A stretch of 53,097 bases of DNA from Girardia tigrina (lineage: Eukaryota): NCBI GenBank assembly GCA_001938485.1, contig MQRK01183785.1:1-53097 (forward strand), given 5' to 3'. The translations under genes and the position numbers were made by a program. How positions within the stretch are numbered: position 1 is the stretch's first letter; every line of letters begins with the position of its first letter. Positions 39,580 to 50,801 of this stretch are shown in pieces. Under the pieces are notes generated by a model. It searched no databases. It was given only the letters and a program-made list of their open reading frames with translations, and was not told the origin of the DNA.

Positions 39580-42500
39580 AATATTTAAAATGATTTTGTT
39601 ATTTTCTCTCATTATTATGCATACTTCTACGTGCAAATGTGGAATATTGTGCTGTTGATGAAATTCTATTTAGAATCAATTTAAATGTTTTGATTTGATT
39701 TTAAAGAAAAATTTTAATCGACAGACAACAATTTATCAATATGCACGATTCTGGAATGTATTTGAAATGTTTTTATACATTTAGTAAATATTTGTGCAGT
39801 ATATATTCGGAAATATTATTTAACGGAAGCGAAATCGATATTACAACTTATATATAGAAAGTAAGCTTATAAAAAGAATGGAAAAGGTTTAGAATGGATA
39901 AATGATTATTCAGCTAGAAATGAAGAAAGAGATAGAAAGAGGAAGAGGAAGAAAAACAACAATAATAAATAGTATGACGTTTGCTATTGATAATTATATT
40001 TGCAGAATTTCGAGGAATCATAAGAATCGTAAGGCAATTTATTCTGTTGACAGATTTTAAATCATAAAGTAAAAAAAGTATGTAAAAAATTCTATTAATT
40101 ATTAAAAGCGGATACCTCGTTAGATCATGCAACGATATGTTGCGTGTTTGTTTGACATAACTACTTGTTAAATGTCAGAGTGTGTACAAAAACGGAGTCT
40201 CTACAAATGTATGCGCTCTTTCACAGATAATGAAAACATGGTTTATTTAACAAGTTGAAGAGAATGCCTTAATTAAAATAAATCTAAGAATTACATACTA
40301 TCTATAGCAAATTGAAATAATATAAAAAATTTAAAAATTTTAAAATCTATCGCACATTGAAAAATAATATACGTAATTCACAATTCATATTGTGAGAAAT
40401 ACGATTTTTCAGGGCGTTCTACAGCGTGTTAAAATACGAAATTCCAAATAATGTACGAGGGGTGTCCCAAAAGTTCACGGTTTGTGTGTGCGTGACTGTA
40501 ACGCGCGGTGTGTGTACGATGACATGAGGGGGGGACCAACCAATTGTAATTGAGGTGAACTCTCATTGACTGCCCATTGGCATGAGTGTGACATACGAAT
40601 GTATTAATTTGTTATTTTTCTCTCTTGTAGTTAGTGTGGAAGAGGCAGTGAAATCTCAACGAGCAATCATCTATTTCCTCTGGAAGGAAGACACCCCCAC
40701 TGCAGATATTGTGCTCCGTTTACACCGCGTCTTTGGTGATGCCTCTATTGGAAGAACGGCTGTCTTTAAGTGGGTACAACGATTCCAGGCATGGATGATT
40801 CCATTGGAGGATGATGAACGCATATTTTATGATTTATGACCGCGTATTTTCTTCGATAATTGTATTAGGAAGTTGACACAGAGATGGGAAAAGTGTGTGA
40901 AACTGAATGGTGATTATATTGAAAAGTTCGATAGCGATTCTGATGACGATTGATCAATTTTGTTAACTGGAATAAACTTTTTGAATTTGTTGTTACTTAT
41001 CAGTCCGTGAACTTTTGGAACACCCCTCGTAACTTAGATTTCTTTAAATTTTCTCAAAACATCCTTAAATGAATTTGAATTTATTGAAACTAAAAGAAAA
41101 CGCCCTGTCAAAATTGCAATTGGTCGGTTGGCGGCACGAAAGTAAGCATCTTTTGATCTGTGCATTTTTCATAATTAAATATTCACTTAATAATTTGATT
41201 TTATATACTATTTTATAGCAAATTTAAAGCGATGTAGAAAGAGTCTTCTATTCTCCTATTGAGTGAACATTCCTGGATTTTTTAAAGAATGTATATAGAT
41301 CATAACTAAGAAAAATTCAATGAATGAAAACCATTTTTGGCGATCTGAATGAAATCCAATGTTAAAAAATGATTTACTTGGAACGTTTTTTTATCGATAT
41401 TTGGATGGCTCTGTAACTGGGTGGCATCACCGAGATCTACTTTCAGAGACAACATACTACTTTCTTTGTTAGCAACACGCAACGTGAGAATTCCCATAAT
41501 CTCCATATTTGATAATCCAGCATTATGGCTTGCTTCTATTTTTAACTTTTCTTCGATTCTCACAAACACACTATTTGAAAATAAATTCTTTTAACTGTTT
41601 GTTAAATATTTACTCTTCGTTTGCAACTCCTTGATTGGATTTTACTTGATGAGCTGATGAACCAGAAATACCTCTGGTCCGCTTTTCACTATGTTGTTCA
41701 ACAGTCACTCCCTCGGCTTTCAATTGATCAACAAAATTGTCGACCACATGCGTCTTTCCTCCAAGACGCATAGCATTTCCAGAACCGGGTTTCGATTTTA
41801 CGGATTTTATGTTACTGGTGCTCTTCGTTGGTGTATCTAATGTCCAACAAATGAATAAAATCCTTTTCAAGAATACTTATTTAATTTAATGTTATTATGA
41901 TTATCCAAGTAAAACAAGCATTTATAATTCTTTAAATAAATTTCAATTTAAAATATAAAAAAGAATATGAAAGCTCGTTTAATGTCTGTCACATCAAGAT
42001 TTTCTTTCTGCGGAACTAATTTCCCTATAAAATTAATTGTGATATAATGTTTGTATAATTTATTTATTCAAGAGTGAAATTATGGTGTTCAAATTATATG
42101 AGTAATTATATGAAAGATAAGAACGTAAAGTAGTAGAAAGATATTTTGTTGATGTTTGACGGATGCACTCAGAATAAGTTGGCCTGAGAATTGAGAAACA
42201 TTTTGATACCTAAACATCGACGAAGACTTGTTTGATTATGTTGAATCCATCCCAGAAAATGCAATATTTAGCAAAAATAAATGATGACCCATATTTTATG
42301 GGGGTTCAGACGTAGCAAATTCTTTTCTTGTAAACTGAGATGGTTGATAGGCCACAAAATTATGATAGCATGTGTTAGAACAAGTCAAAGCACCTGTCCG
42401 GATCCGCAATAGCCCGTATATGTTTGGGAACAAACAGAAAGCACTTAAAGAAGATGATAAAATCACCAGAAAGGATCATGATAAATTAACGAGAGGCAGT

Positions 42501-45500
42501 CATCTTGTCTGTAGAGTATCCGGACTCGAATCACATATTCGGCCAACTCCTCAACAACAGATCAGATGATGGTAATTGAACGAGTTAATTCGTTCATATA
42601 AATACGAAGACAACCAAATGAATAAAGAAAACAAGGCCGATTTACAGAATTGTATTTGTTAAAAGCCATTATTTGTTTATCAGTTCTCTTTTCAAAATTT
42701 ACATTGTATTATTTTGTGTTTATTTAAACTAATTTGTTTTTAATTTTTTATTAAGAGATTTTTATATTTTAGATTTAATTCGCAGTTATTCAGGTGTCAT
42801 TTTTTTACTCTTTAATTGATTAATTTTCATTTAGAAAATAAATTTTTTTGTATTTATTGTAAAAATATCAATTTATGAATTTACTACAGGGATTATATTT
42901 TAACTAGAAAAAGACCCGTCATATGTGATGGGTGAGCTGAATTTTCGACTTTGAAAGTTTCTGTTTTAATTTTTAAATCGTAATTATTATAATTTATAAT
43001 TTATTGCTTCGAATTCTGTGTTGATTTAGCAGTCGGTCAGTTAAACTGACTGCCGAAGCCTTTCGGCAAGTGTTGTACAGACAAAACCGTCTCGATGAAA
43101 ACTATGCAGAGCTATCTCAACTTTATACGGATTCACTCACTGTTCCTCCACTATTTCTCATTTTATCAGCATATATACTATCAAAGTGAAATTTTAGCTT
43201 GACCAACAAACCGTGAATCATATTATAAAGAAATTATGCAAATTTATTCTAAAATAATTTTTAGATATATAATTAGTAAGTGAAAGAAATTGTCAGTTAT
43301 CAAAATAAATTAGTGTTTTTATAAAAATTTTCACGAAATTCCGTATAGGAATTATCAAATTCGTCATTATTCGAAATCAGTGTTAATTTAACCATTTAAT
43401 GACTTGTACGGTTTTCGATCGATTTCATCGGCTTCCGGGGGTCTTTCGGCAAAGGCGCTATATCGACAGAATTGTATTGATACATGATATCCAGATTGAC
43501 CACGTACTTAAGTGGGTTCACTCCGGTTCCTCCACAATTTCACATTGAAAAGCGTGACCGACAAACAAACAAACACACTTTTTAGCAGGGCTGCGGAGTC
43601 GGAGTCAGAGTCCAATTCGGAGTTGTGAACCTTCACTCCGACCAAAATAATAACAAATATTATAAACTGACCTAAAAAGGAGTCGGAGTCAGGTAATTTT
43701 AGTCCGACTCAACAGCCCTGTTATTATACTAGATATATTTCAATAACAGATCCAGAATATTCAATTTATCTCTTGAAGTTATTTAAATAGTATGAACAAA
43801 CGCGTGTAAGTTTTAAATAATAAATATATATTTTCTTTGTGATCCGGAAAAAATATCGCGGGAAAAACATTATAAATTTGGTCGCGAAAATTGTAAAAAT
43901 ATTTTAATATTTTTGTAAATTGCTTATTAACCTAACCTAAGTGTAACAATATCCTAAATTATTAGTAATTTATAAATCAAAATTTATTATTTTTCAGCAA
44001 TCAAAAATTCATTTTTATTAATTTAATTGTGATAAATAATATTTAATTATTAATGATTAATTTAAAAAAATAAAATATTTAAATAAAAGAATGTTAAATA
44101 ATGCCAAAATAATTTTAATATATCATATTATACTCTGAAGACTTAAATAATTTTAAATTGTAATAAAATTTTAGTAATTTTAATTATTTAATACTGATAA
44201 TTATTGTCATTTTTATATTTTTGTAATTTTGAATCTTTTAGTTTTTTTTAATTTTTTATATTTTTCAATTAAATATTATCTCAATTTCAGCAAAAATTAC
44301 TATAATTAAATATTACCACAATTTTTTTCCTGTGATGTTTTTTCTTGTGATGTTTTTTCTTGTGATGTTTTTTCTTGTGATGTTTTTTCTTGTGATGTTT
44401 TTTCTTGTGATGTTTTTTCTTGTGATGTTTTTTCTTGTGATGTTTTTTCTTGTGATGTTTTTTTTCTTGTGGTGTTTTTTCTTGTGGTGTTTTTTCTTGT
44501 GATGTTTTTTCTTGTGATGTTTTTTCTTGTGATGTTTTTTCTCGAGATGTTTTTCCTCGTGATTTTTTTTCTCGAGATGTATTTTTACGTGATTTTTTTC
44601 TCGCGATGTATTTTCTCGTGATTTTTTTTCTCGCGATTTTTTTTCTCGTGATGTTTTTTCTTGTGATGTTTTCTCTCGCTATGTTTTTTCTTGTGATGTT
44701 TTTTTCTGGTGATGTATTTTCTGCGATGTTTTTTTCCCGCGATTTTTTCCTAAACCATATTTTGTGTTTATTGTTCGTTTATTAATTGCTATGGAATCAT
44801 CTTACAGTTAGGGTAAAAATTAAGACTAGTATTATGATTAGGGTTAGGATTAAGGTGAGCAAGTATACTGCTCTCAAATGTTAGCCGGTCATCCGTTAGA
44901 AAATCCGAGAAGTACACAGATTCAAATTATTTGTATTGGGGGATTTTTCCGCGGGGGTTTTTGTCCAAAACAAAAAATTGAACAAAATAAATAAATTGAA
45001 CATAGTGCTGATTTGATTCAGTAAAATGATAAAATTTAATTTCCTTCAAAAACGTGCTTAATATAATTTGACTAACAAAAGTTCAAAAATCCTTTATATT
45101 TCCTCGAAAAGCCGACTTAAGAATTGAAAATGTTCTTAAATTATTTTATAAATTGTGAAAAGCTGAATGAAAAGCCCTGCACATTAATTTCTGTGATCCT
45201 TGTACAGAAATAAGAAAAACGAGAAGCTTTAGTGTCCAATTATAAGAGGTTGAGGTGGAAAAAAATACACTTAACGAGTCAATTTTTCATCTGAATATAA
45301 ACAATAAAATAATCGAAATTAAAACATTAATTGTAAAGTAAAAACTCGAAAATTTAAAATGAAACCCAAATGTTACATTACCCAGTTCCTGGGACGACAT
45401 CGGAGTTGAATATGGAGCAGCTGTTGCATTCGAACTGCCAAATCCGGAATTGCTATAACCTGGACGATAGTTATTGCCTTTATTTTCGCGTTTGGCTTGG

Positions 45501-48500
45501 AATTCCTTGACTTTTAGTTTCATTTTTTCTTTAGCTTCTTTCTCTTGATTCTATATTCAGAAAATATGATAAACAATTCAAGACTTCTGACTGAAAAATC
45601 ATTAATTATCACTGAAAAATGAAAATGACAAAAGTTATTAAGTCATTATTCCATCATTTTCAAAACAAAATATTAGGTTGTTCAAAAAGACAAATATCTC
45701 AGCGTAGAATCAGCTGTATTAATCGAAATAAAAATCGTTAGCATCAATACACTTTTGCCAACGTTGCACAAGTTTAATTATTCCGGGTGTATAAAATTCT
45801 GGTTCTCTAGAGGCGATGAAATCGTTGAAGGCAGTTTTAGCATCCCCTTGATTTTTGAAGTATTTCTCCTGGCGGAAAATGTCAAGATGTTTTAAAAAGT
45901 GATAATCAGTAGGCGAGAGGTCAGATGAGTATGGTGGATGACTCAAAGTTTCGTAGCCAAATTCGCATTGTCAGACGTGCAATGTGTGGCCGAGCGTTGT
46001 CGTGGAGAAAAATAGGCCCCTTTCTATTGACTAATGCTGGTTGTTGTTGTTGGAGTTTCTGGTTCATTTTGACAATTTCCTGACAGTATCTCTCTGTCGT
46101 AATTGTTTCTCTCGGATTTAGGAAGCTATGATGAATAACAACGGCAGCAGACCACCAAACAGTTACCATCATCTTTTTTGATATAATTTCAGCCTCGGAA
46201 AGGGTTACGGAACTTGATCGTGGTCAAACCATTGAGAAGAACGTCTCCGATTGTCGTAGAGAATCCACTTTTCATCACACGTTACAATTCGGTCCAGAAA
46301 CTGATCATTCTTGTTCCGCAGAAGAAGTGAAGACGATGCCTCAAAACGACTCATTTTTTGATTGTCATTTAATTCGTATGGAATCCATTTATCCAGTTTT
46401 ATTTCGACTTCCCAATGTCACGCAAATGGTTTGAAATTGTTCCTATCGTGACACCTAGTTCCTCCAAAAGCTCTCGAACTGTAGTGTGTGGATTTGCTTT
46501 TACTAGAGCCTTCAAATTTTCATTTTCAATAGCAGGTTTCTATCCACGGCCATCATCATCTTTGAGGTCTCATCTCCTTCTTGAAATTTTTTGAACCAAC
46601 ATTGTAACATACGTTCGTTCGTGGTTCCATCACCCAATGCATCGTTGATATTACGGACGGCCTCCGATGCTTTGTGGTCAAGTTTGAATTCATATAAAAA
46701 ATTTCTTTTAAAGTTAATATTTCAACAAAGTATCATAGAAATATAGAGTCTTTCATAAGCTTTAAAATTATGTATGAAACATAAATAAATGATAAAGATT
46801 CAATTCAAAACATGATCAAAAATCTGGACCATTCAAAAAACGACATTATCTTTTAAACAACCTAATAATTAACTGATCATAATAAATTAGTTATTTTGAC
46901 TTCATCAAATCAAAGAAATAAGAATTCGTTTGGATAAATACCTCTCTAACAGCCAGAAAAACTTTTTCTTCATGTGAATCCATGTCCGTGAACGTTCTTA
47001 TCTGAGCTAGATTTACATTTTCACGGTATCCCAGGGCCACAATTTCATCAAACGCGAAAATTATATCAAAAATATTTTCCTTGATGTCGTACTCATCCAA
47101 ACTTCTTGAATATTCAGGTATCTAAAACAATTACTAAAAAAGGGCAGAATTTTTTAATATTTCTTACGACTTTTGCAAAAAGTCTCAACGTTTCTAAATC
47201 CTCAAGAATATTACTGGCTTTGGTAGTTAATAAAAGAACATATAGTTTTTCTAAAGGCTGATACACATATCTGACAGATTCTGTTTCAACAAATGTGTGT
47301 TGTTTCCCTAAAGGACATAAATAATGTCAAATTCCTAAGTAATTTCAAAACATTAATAATTGTAAAATTAAACATCGCTACAAACAAGCACAGTATAAGT
47401 TCAAACATAAACTTCAGTATATGAAATAGAACAATACAAGAGATAAATCTCTTCTTCATCGCACTCACTGAAATTTAAAATAAAAGCGAAATTCACAATG
47501 TTCTTAAATATTTTTATGTTTTTATGCAATATATCGTTTCACTTTTGATACAATAAATAGTATGGTTAATCAAATACAACTCCAACTTAAATGTTTTTAA
47601 AAATCATTTATTTTTAAGTTAAGGATAAGTAAAAATAGATAAAATAATAATATATTTTGCTAGCAGACCTGAGAAGAAACGTTACATTTTCCAGATAATG
47701 CTTTAATTGGTTTTTAATAAAATGATTTAGAAAAATCATTTAGAACATCTATTTGATGCATATTCGGTTGAGGAACAAATAGACACTGTTTTGAAGTAGT
47801 GTTTATAAAATAGTGGTTATTTATTCTTGGCTGTCCGTTTTTTCGCCTACAGTCAAAAAAACGAATTTTCGCAAAAAATGAGAAAAAATATCTTTTTTGT
47901 TCTCTAAAAATTCTAAAACCAAATTTTTTCTCCAAAAATAAGAAGTCGTTTTTTCGACAAATGTGTAACAACTCCGATGTTGTGCTAGAAATGTATAAAA
48001 TATTTTCGCAAAAAATTAGAAAAAAACTTTTTTGCCAAATGTGTGCAAAAAAATAATTTAGCATCAAAAATGTGAAAAAGTTGTAATTCCACAAAAAAGA
48101 TTAAAATATTTCGCCAATAATGATTAAAATTAAAAATAATGATAAAACCTTAACTGTAATCTCTAACCCTCATAAAGAGCAAAGATATTTTTTGCCGGTA
48201 TTTGGTAAATTAAAAACGAAAAGTTATTTTTATGTATTTTTTTTTTAATTTTAAAATTTAGTTTAAAATTTTCCAGGCGAAAAACGGTTTTTTTCAGAAT
48301 TTTCAGTTCTTGGAAAGTCTATGAGCTTTTATTTTTTTAATACTTTCGAATTTTTAAATCTTATCGAGCATTTAATTGAAATTTTTTTCGAAAATCTGTT
48401 TGAAATTTGTTGTTGTTTTCTCATTTTTGTTGAAAAAACAATTTTTTCATACGTGACGAAAATCAAAAAAAATCAAATTTGTTGTCGTTTTGTTATTGTT

Positions 48501-50466
48501 TTCTCATTTTTGTCGAAAAAACGGTTACCGATTTTATACATATTTGGATGAGGAATAAATAACCACTGTTTTGAAGTAGTGCTTATAAAATAGTGATCAT
48601 TTATTCTTCAACCATAAACACGAAAATAATGAAGTCTACTGTACGTGTAGGTAATTAGAATACTTGTGAATTAGAATACATGGATGATAGTTATAAACTA
48701 GAAATTTAAAAAATAATGACAAGTTTTTATCATTAAAATCAAGAATGCCATTAAAAAATCAAATTTTATAGAAATATATTTCGGTGGATTTTTCACCATC
48801 TTCACGCTGAAATAACAAAAAGTTTACTGTCTTATACATAGTAGACTCCTGTATAGCGCGATTATTATGATACGTGTTGTATGAAATCGCATTATAGCGT
48901 TGAACAAAGAAAAACTTGTATAACGCGAATGATAATTACATGTAAAAATGGATCGTATAAAATGAGATATTAGAAAAAAATAATATTCATTATAAAACCA
49001 AAACTATGCATATGTTATTTCATATGAAAATGCACATATTATGTAAAAAAAATATAATTTAAAAAATTAATTCATTATATTTATTTTGTATTGAAGTTAA
49101 AGACAGCTTTGTGATTATTTATGAATTAATTTGTGATTATTTATTAATTAATTGTTAATGTATTAAGTGTTATGTCTAAATCAGTGGCTTAGCCAGGATT
49201 GCAGAGGGGGGGATGGAAAAAAATTCCTGAAAGATCTAGCAATCTTAAATATAATTGGAGTGGCTAATTATGTTTTAATTTTTTCAGGGGTGGGGGTGTC
49301 TCCTGATTTTAACCCTCTAAACTTAAACGATCCTTAAGCTCCTTAAACGTTCCTCGGACCTCTTTTTTTCTCCCCGATTAAAATCCAATCAAGGGTTTCT
49401 ATATTAATCTGTGTTTTCAGCCTCGCCAGTAGGGCCGAAAACGTGGATTAAAATGGGAACGCCCAATTGGATTTTAATTGGGGGAAAAACGAGAGGTCCC
49501 GTTCCTCTAAGTTTTGTTTTTCGTAATAATTTTTTTAAACAATTTTTAGGGCATTTTACCAGGGGGGTGGAAATCCACCCAATCACCCCCCCCTGGTTAC
49601 ACGACTGGTCTAAATGCTTACAGATCCATCATAATACTTACAAATTATGTATGTATCTAGTATTTGATGAAATTTTTCGTATTTTGATATATTTCATCGC
49701 TTATGATCGATCAGAATGACACTCAAATCCATCGTCAGTGGTTAAATTACTTTTTTTTCGACTTATTTCCATATCTTTCTATCCGGGAATTTAATCCAAT
49801 GTCTTCGAGGCATTCCTAATCGATAATAAGTGTAGTATTAGGCTATTTTTTCTAAAAAATGAAATAAATTCATTTTAATTCGATAATTTATTGGTTAAAT
49901 GTTTTTTAATTATTATTTGTGTCCGTAAACTGTGTCTGCTTATTACATGGTGTGGATTGAACTGGTGATGAGGTGGCTATCTCGAAACGCGTCCCATTTT
50001 ATTTTTATTCATTACATATTGATTTTACTTATCGATACACATAAATTTATATAATCTAATTTTAAATAAATCGATAATCGAAAACAGAATCTCTATGGCT
50101 ACTGACAGTCACACAAACACTAAAGCATGCCAACTCAACACTACTTACACGCCTGGAGACTCTTATTCTTGTCCGACACTTTATCGTCTGTATTGATTCA
50201 AAATGATCAACAAATAATCAATAATCACCTGTGCCAATCAACTTGGGGAATGCGGTCAAGAGTCCTTCGATCCTCGTCCGAGTCATTTCCACAAATTGTC
50301 TCGATAATAACGCTAAAATTAAATAAGGATTAAATTAATGATCGAAATAATTTCTCTTTTACCTTTTCCATCTTTAGAAAATATTGCAGCGGCTAATAGG
50401 ACCTGAAAAACGAAAGAAACAGTCAAATTGATAAGCAAAAAAAAATAGAACAAATGGTACTACCAT
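36800..50466 (-). CDS. ARCN1: Coatomer subunit delta (delta-COP/archain), complete 12-exon gene, ~516 aa
   Basis: Hand-spliced exons in minus order: 50464-50466 (ATG), 50363-50402, 50229-50312, 47168-47307, 46942-47121, 45382-45550, 41614-41836, 41378-41570, 37371-37485, 37208-37316, 36945-37152, 36800-36886. Total 1551 nt, all GT-AG, phases consistent. Translation [33 protein letters not shown]...[23 protein letters not shown]...[11 protein letters not shown]...LKWRFQT...INCWP...FFPIVVSF...EKFEIA* matches delta-COP (longin plus mu-homology domains) as I recall it. Confidence 0.97.
36945..37152 (-). CDS. ARCN1: delta-COP exon 11 ([12 protein letters not shown]...LQW...GSMEF...DFFPIVVSF)
   Basis: Conserved C-terminal mu-homology motifs. 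Confidence 0.95.
37208..37316 (-). CDS. ARCN1: delta-COP exon 10 ([20 protein letters not shown]...VVISISLP)
   Basis: INCWP and VNIEYEL motifs. Confidence 0.95.
37371..37485 (-). CDS. ARCN1: delta-COP exon 9 ([38 protein letters not shown])
   Basis: FPV...LKWR motif; donor A|gtatgt chosen to keep frame with INCWP. Confidence 0.9.
37671..38298. mobile_element. pogo/Tigger-like non-autonomous element in delta-COP intron 8
   Basis: TA|CAGTGTAAGCCGCTTAATAGGACCA...TGGTCCTATTAAGCGGCTTTCACTG|TA; repeated tggtccYattaa subterminal motifs. Confidence 0.88.
38563..39115 (+). mobile_element. Internally deleted Tc1-like element
   Basis: TIRs tagtcgtggtcataattcacc / ggtgaattatggccacaacta; TA flanks; N-terminal remnant [28 protein letters not shown]. 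Confidence 0.82.
39200..39545 (-). mobile_element. Penelope-like element 3' end: GIY-YIG endonuclease C-terminus followed by a minimal hammerhead
   Basis: IAEH......SSILDH...F.VL / [12 protein letters not shown] / LNVQ motifs, then CTGATGA-T-GCCGTAATGGC-GAAACATG. Confidence 0.8.
39204..39244 (-). ncRNA. Minimal type I hammerhead ribozyme-like motif (probably inactive)
   Basis: CAA-CTGATGA-T-GCC(GTAAT)GGC-GAAA-CATG-CT-TTG; conserved U16.1 appears as C. Confidence 0.7.
40456..41029 (+). mobile_element. Internally deleted mariner (irritans/Hsmar2-like TIR)
   Basis: TA|CGAGGGGTGTCCCAAAAGTTCACGG...CCGTGAACTTTTGGAACACCCCTCG|TA; QRAIIYFL...[14 protein letters not shown] joined to the C-terminal [17 protein letters not shown]. 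Confidence 0.92.
41378..41570 (-). CDS. ARCN1: delta-COP exon 8 (VFVRIEEKL...[14 protein letters not shown])
   Basis: Overlaps ORF 41306..41569; start of the mu-homology domain. Confidence 0.95.
41614..41836 (-). CDS. ARCN1: delta-COP exon 7 (linker, AMRLGGK...[12 protein letters not shown])
   Basis: Overlaps ORF 41610..41870; VDNFVDxLKxEG motif. Confidence 0.93.
42903..43734 (+). repeat. Helitron/DINE-like non-autonomous repeat with an inserted MITE
   Basis: Starts ACTAG...cccgtca tatg tgatggg (short hairpin); shares 43321-43585 with 31420-31700; (aaac)n tail; ends tatactagat. Confidence 0.6.
43586..43720. mobile_element. hAT-like MITE (135 bp)
   Basis: TIRs cagggctg / cagccctg with ggagtc/ccgact subterminal repeats; no clear TSD. 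Confidence 0.7.
43839..44756. mobile_element. Mutator-like non-autonomous element with an expanded ~15-bp subterminal minisatellite (44325-44750)
   Basis: Left ggaaaaaatatcgcgggaaaaac is inverted to right tttttcccgcgattttttcctaaacc; tandem (ttttttcttgtgatg)n. Confidence 0.7.
45382..45550 (-). CDS. ARCN1: delta-COP exon 6 ([18 protein letters not shown]...GFGSS...)
   Basis: Overlaps ORF 45287..45523; helix-b and GFGSS motifs; phase fits neighbours. Confidence 0.92.
45673..46865 (-). mobile_element. Near full-length decayed mariner (DD34D) in delta-COP intron 5
   Basis: TA|TTAGGTTGTT...AACAACCTAA|TA; [40 protein letters not shown]; frameshifted. Confidence 0.95.
46942..47121 (-). CDS. ARCN1: delta-COP exon 5 (IPEYSRS...[39 protein letters not shown])
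   Basis: Overlaps ORF 46891..47100; hallmark motif; AG/GT boundaries. Confidence 0.97.
47168..47307 (-). CDS. ARCN1: delta-COP exon 4 ([23 protein letters not shown]...[13 protein letters not shown])
   Basis: Conserved longin-domain sequence; tttag acceptor, gtaaga donor. Confidence 0.97.
47829..48529. mobile_element. Mutator-like/foldback non-autonomous element
   Basis: Ends ggctgtccgtttttt / aaaaaacggttacc; cgaaaa-type subterminal repeats. Confidence 0.5.
49182..49607. mobile_element. hAT-family MITE with a perfect 8-bp TSD
   Basis: TIRs cagtggcttagccagg / cctggttacacgactg; TSD gtctaaat on both sides. Confidence 0.9.
49963..49996 (+). ncRNA. Minimal hammerhead ribozyme-like relic
   Basis: TGG-TGATGA-GGTGGCTATCTC-GAAA-CGCG-TC-CCA; core C3 missing. 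Confidence 0.55.
50229..50312 (-). CDS. ARCN1: delta-COP exon 3 ([28 protein letters not shown])
   Basis: Near-identical to the conserved delta-COP N-terminus; AG/GT boundaries. Confidence 0.96.
50363..50402 (-). CDS. ARCN1: delta-COP exon 2 ([13 protein letters not shown]); ATG-only exon 1 coding part at 50464-50466
   Basis: ttttcag acceptor, G|gtaaaa donor; N-terminal delta-COP motif. Confidence 0.92.
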
Positions 50467-50801
50467 TTTTTATTTCAATATTGGGAAAACAAATTCCAAC
50501 TTGTCAAAATTTAAAATGTAGCAATTAATCAATGTAATGATATATGTCCGTTGGAGAATTAAAACAACATTTATTTTTCGTATTAAATTATAAATTTTAT
50601 TTTTTGTTTTGTTTTTTTATTGCAGTCAAATTTATGAAATTTTTGAAAATTGAATATTATGATAAACTAATTTCATTAATAATTTTCACATATTATGGTT
50701 TATACTATTCTTTTTAATAGCTTACTTGTTTTATGGAGTTTATAAACCTATTTTTGAAAGATTTTTACTGAATCAACTTTGCACCTTAACTCATTTTCGA
50801 T

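Noticed and set aside
42120-42620. Coding-like stretch in delta-COP intron 6 (FDGCTQNK)
   Set aside because: A single weak transposase-like motif with multiple stops; cannot be assigned.
44805-44856. ttaggg/ttagg runs as interstitial telomere
   Set aside because: Only 2-3 degenerate units, of the kind common inside MULE-like repeats.
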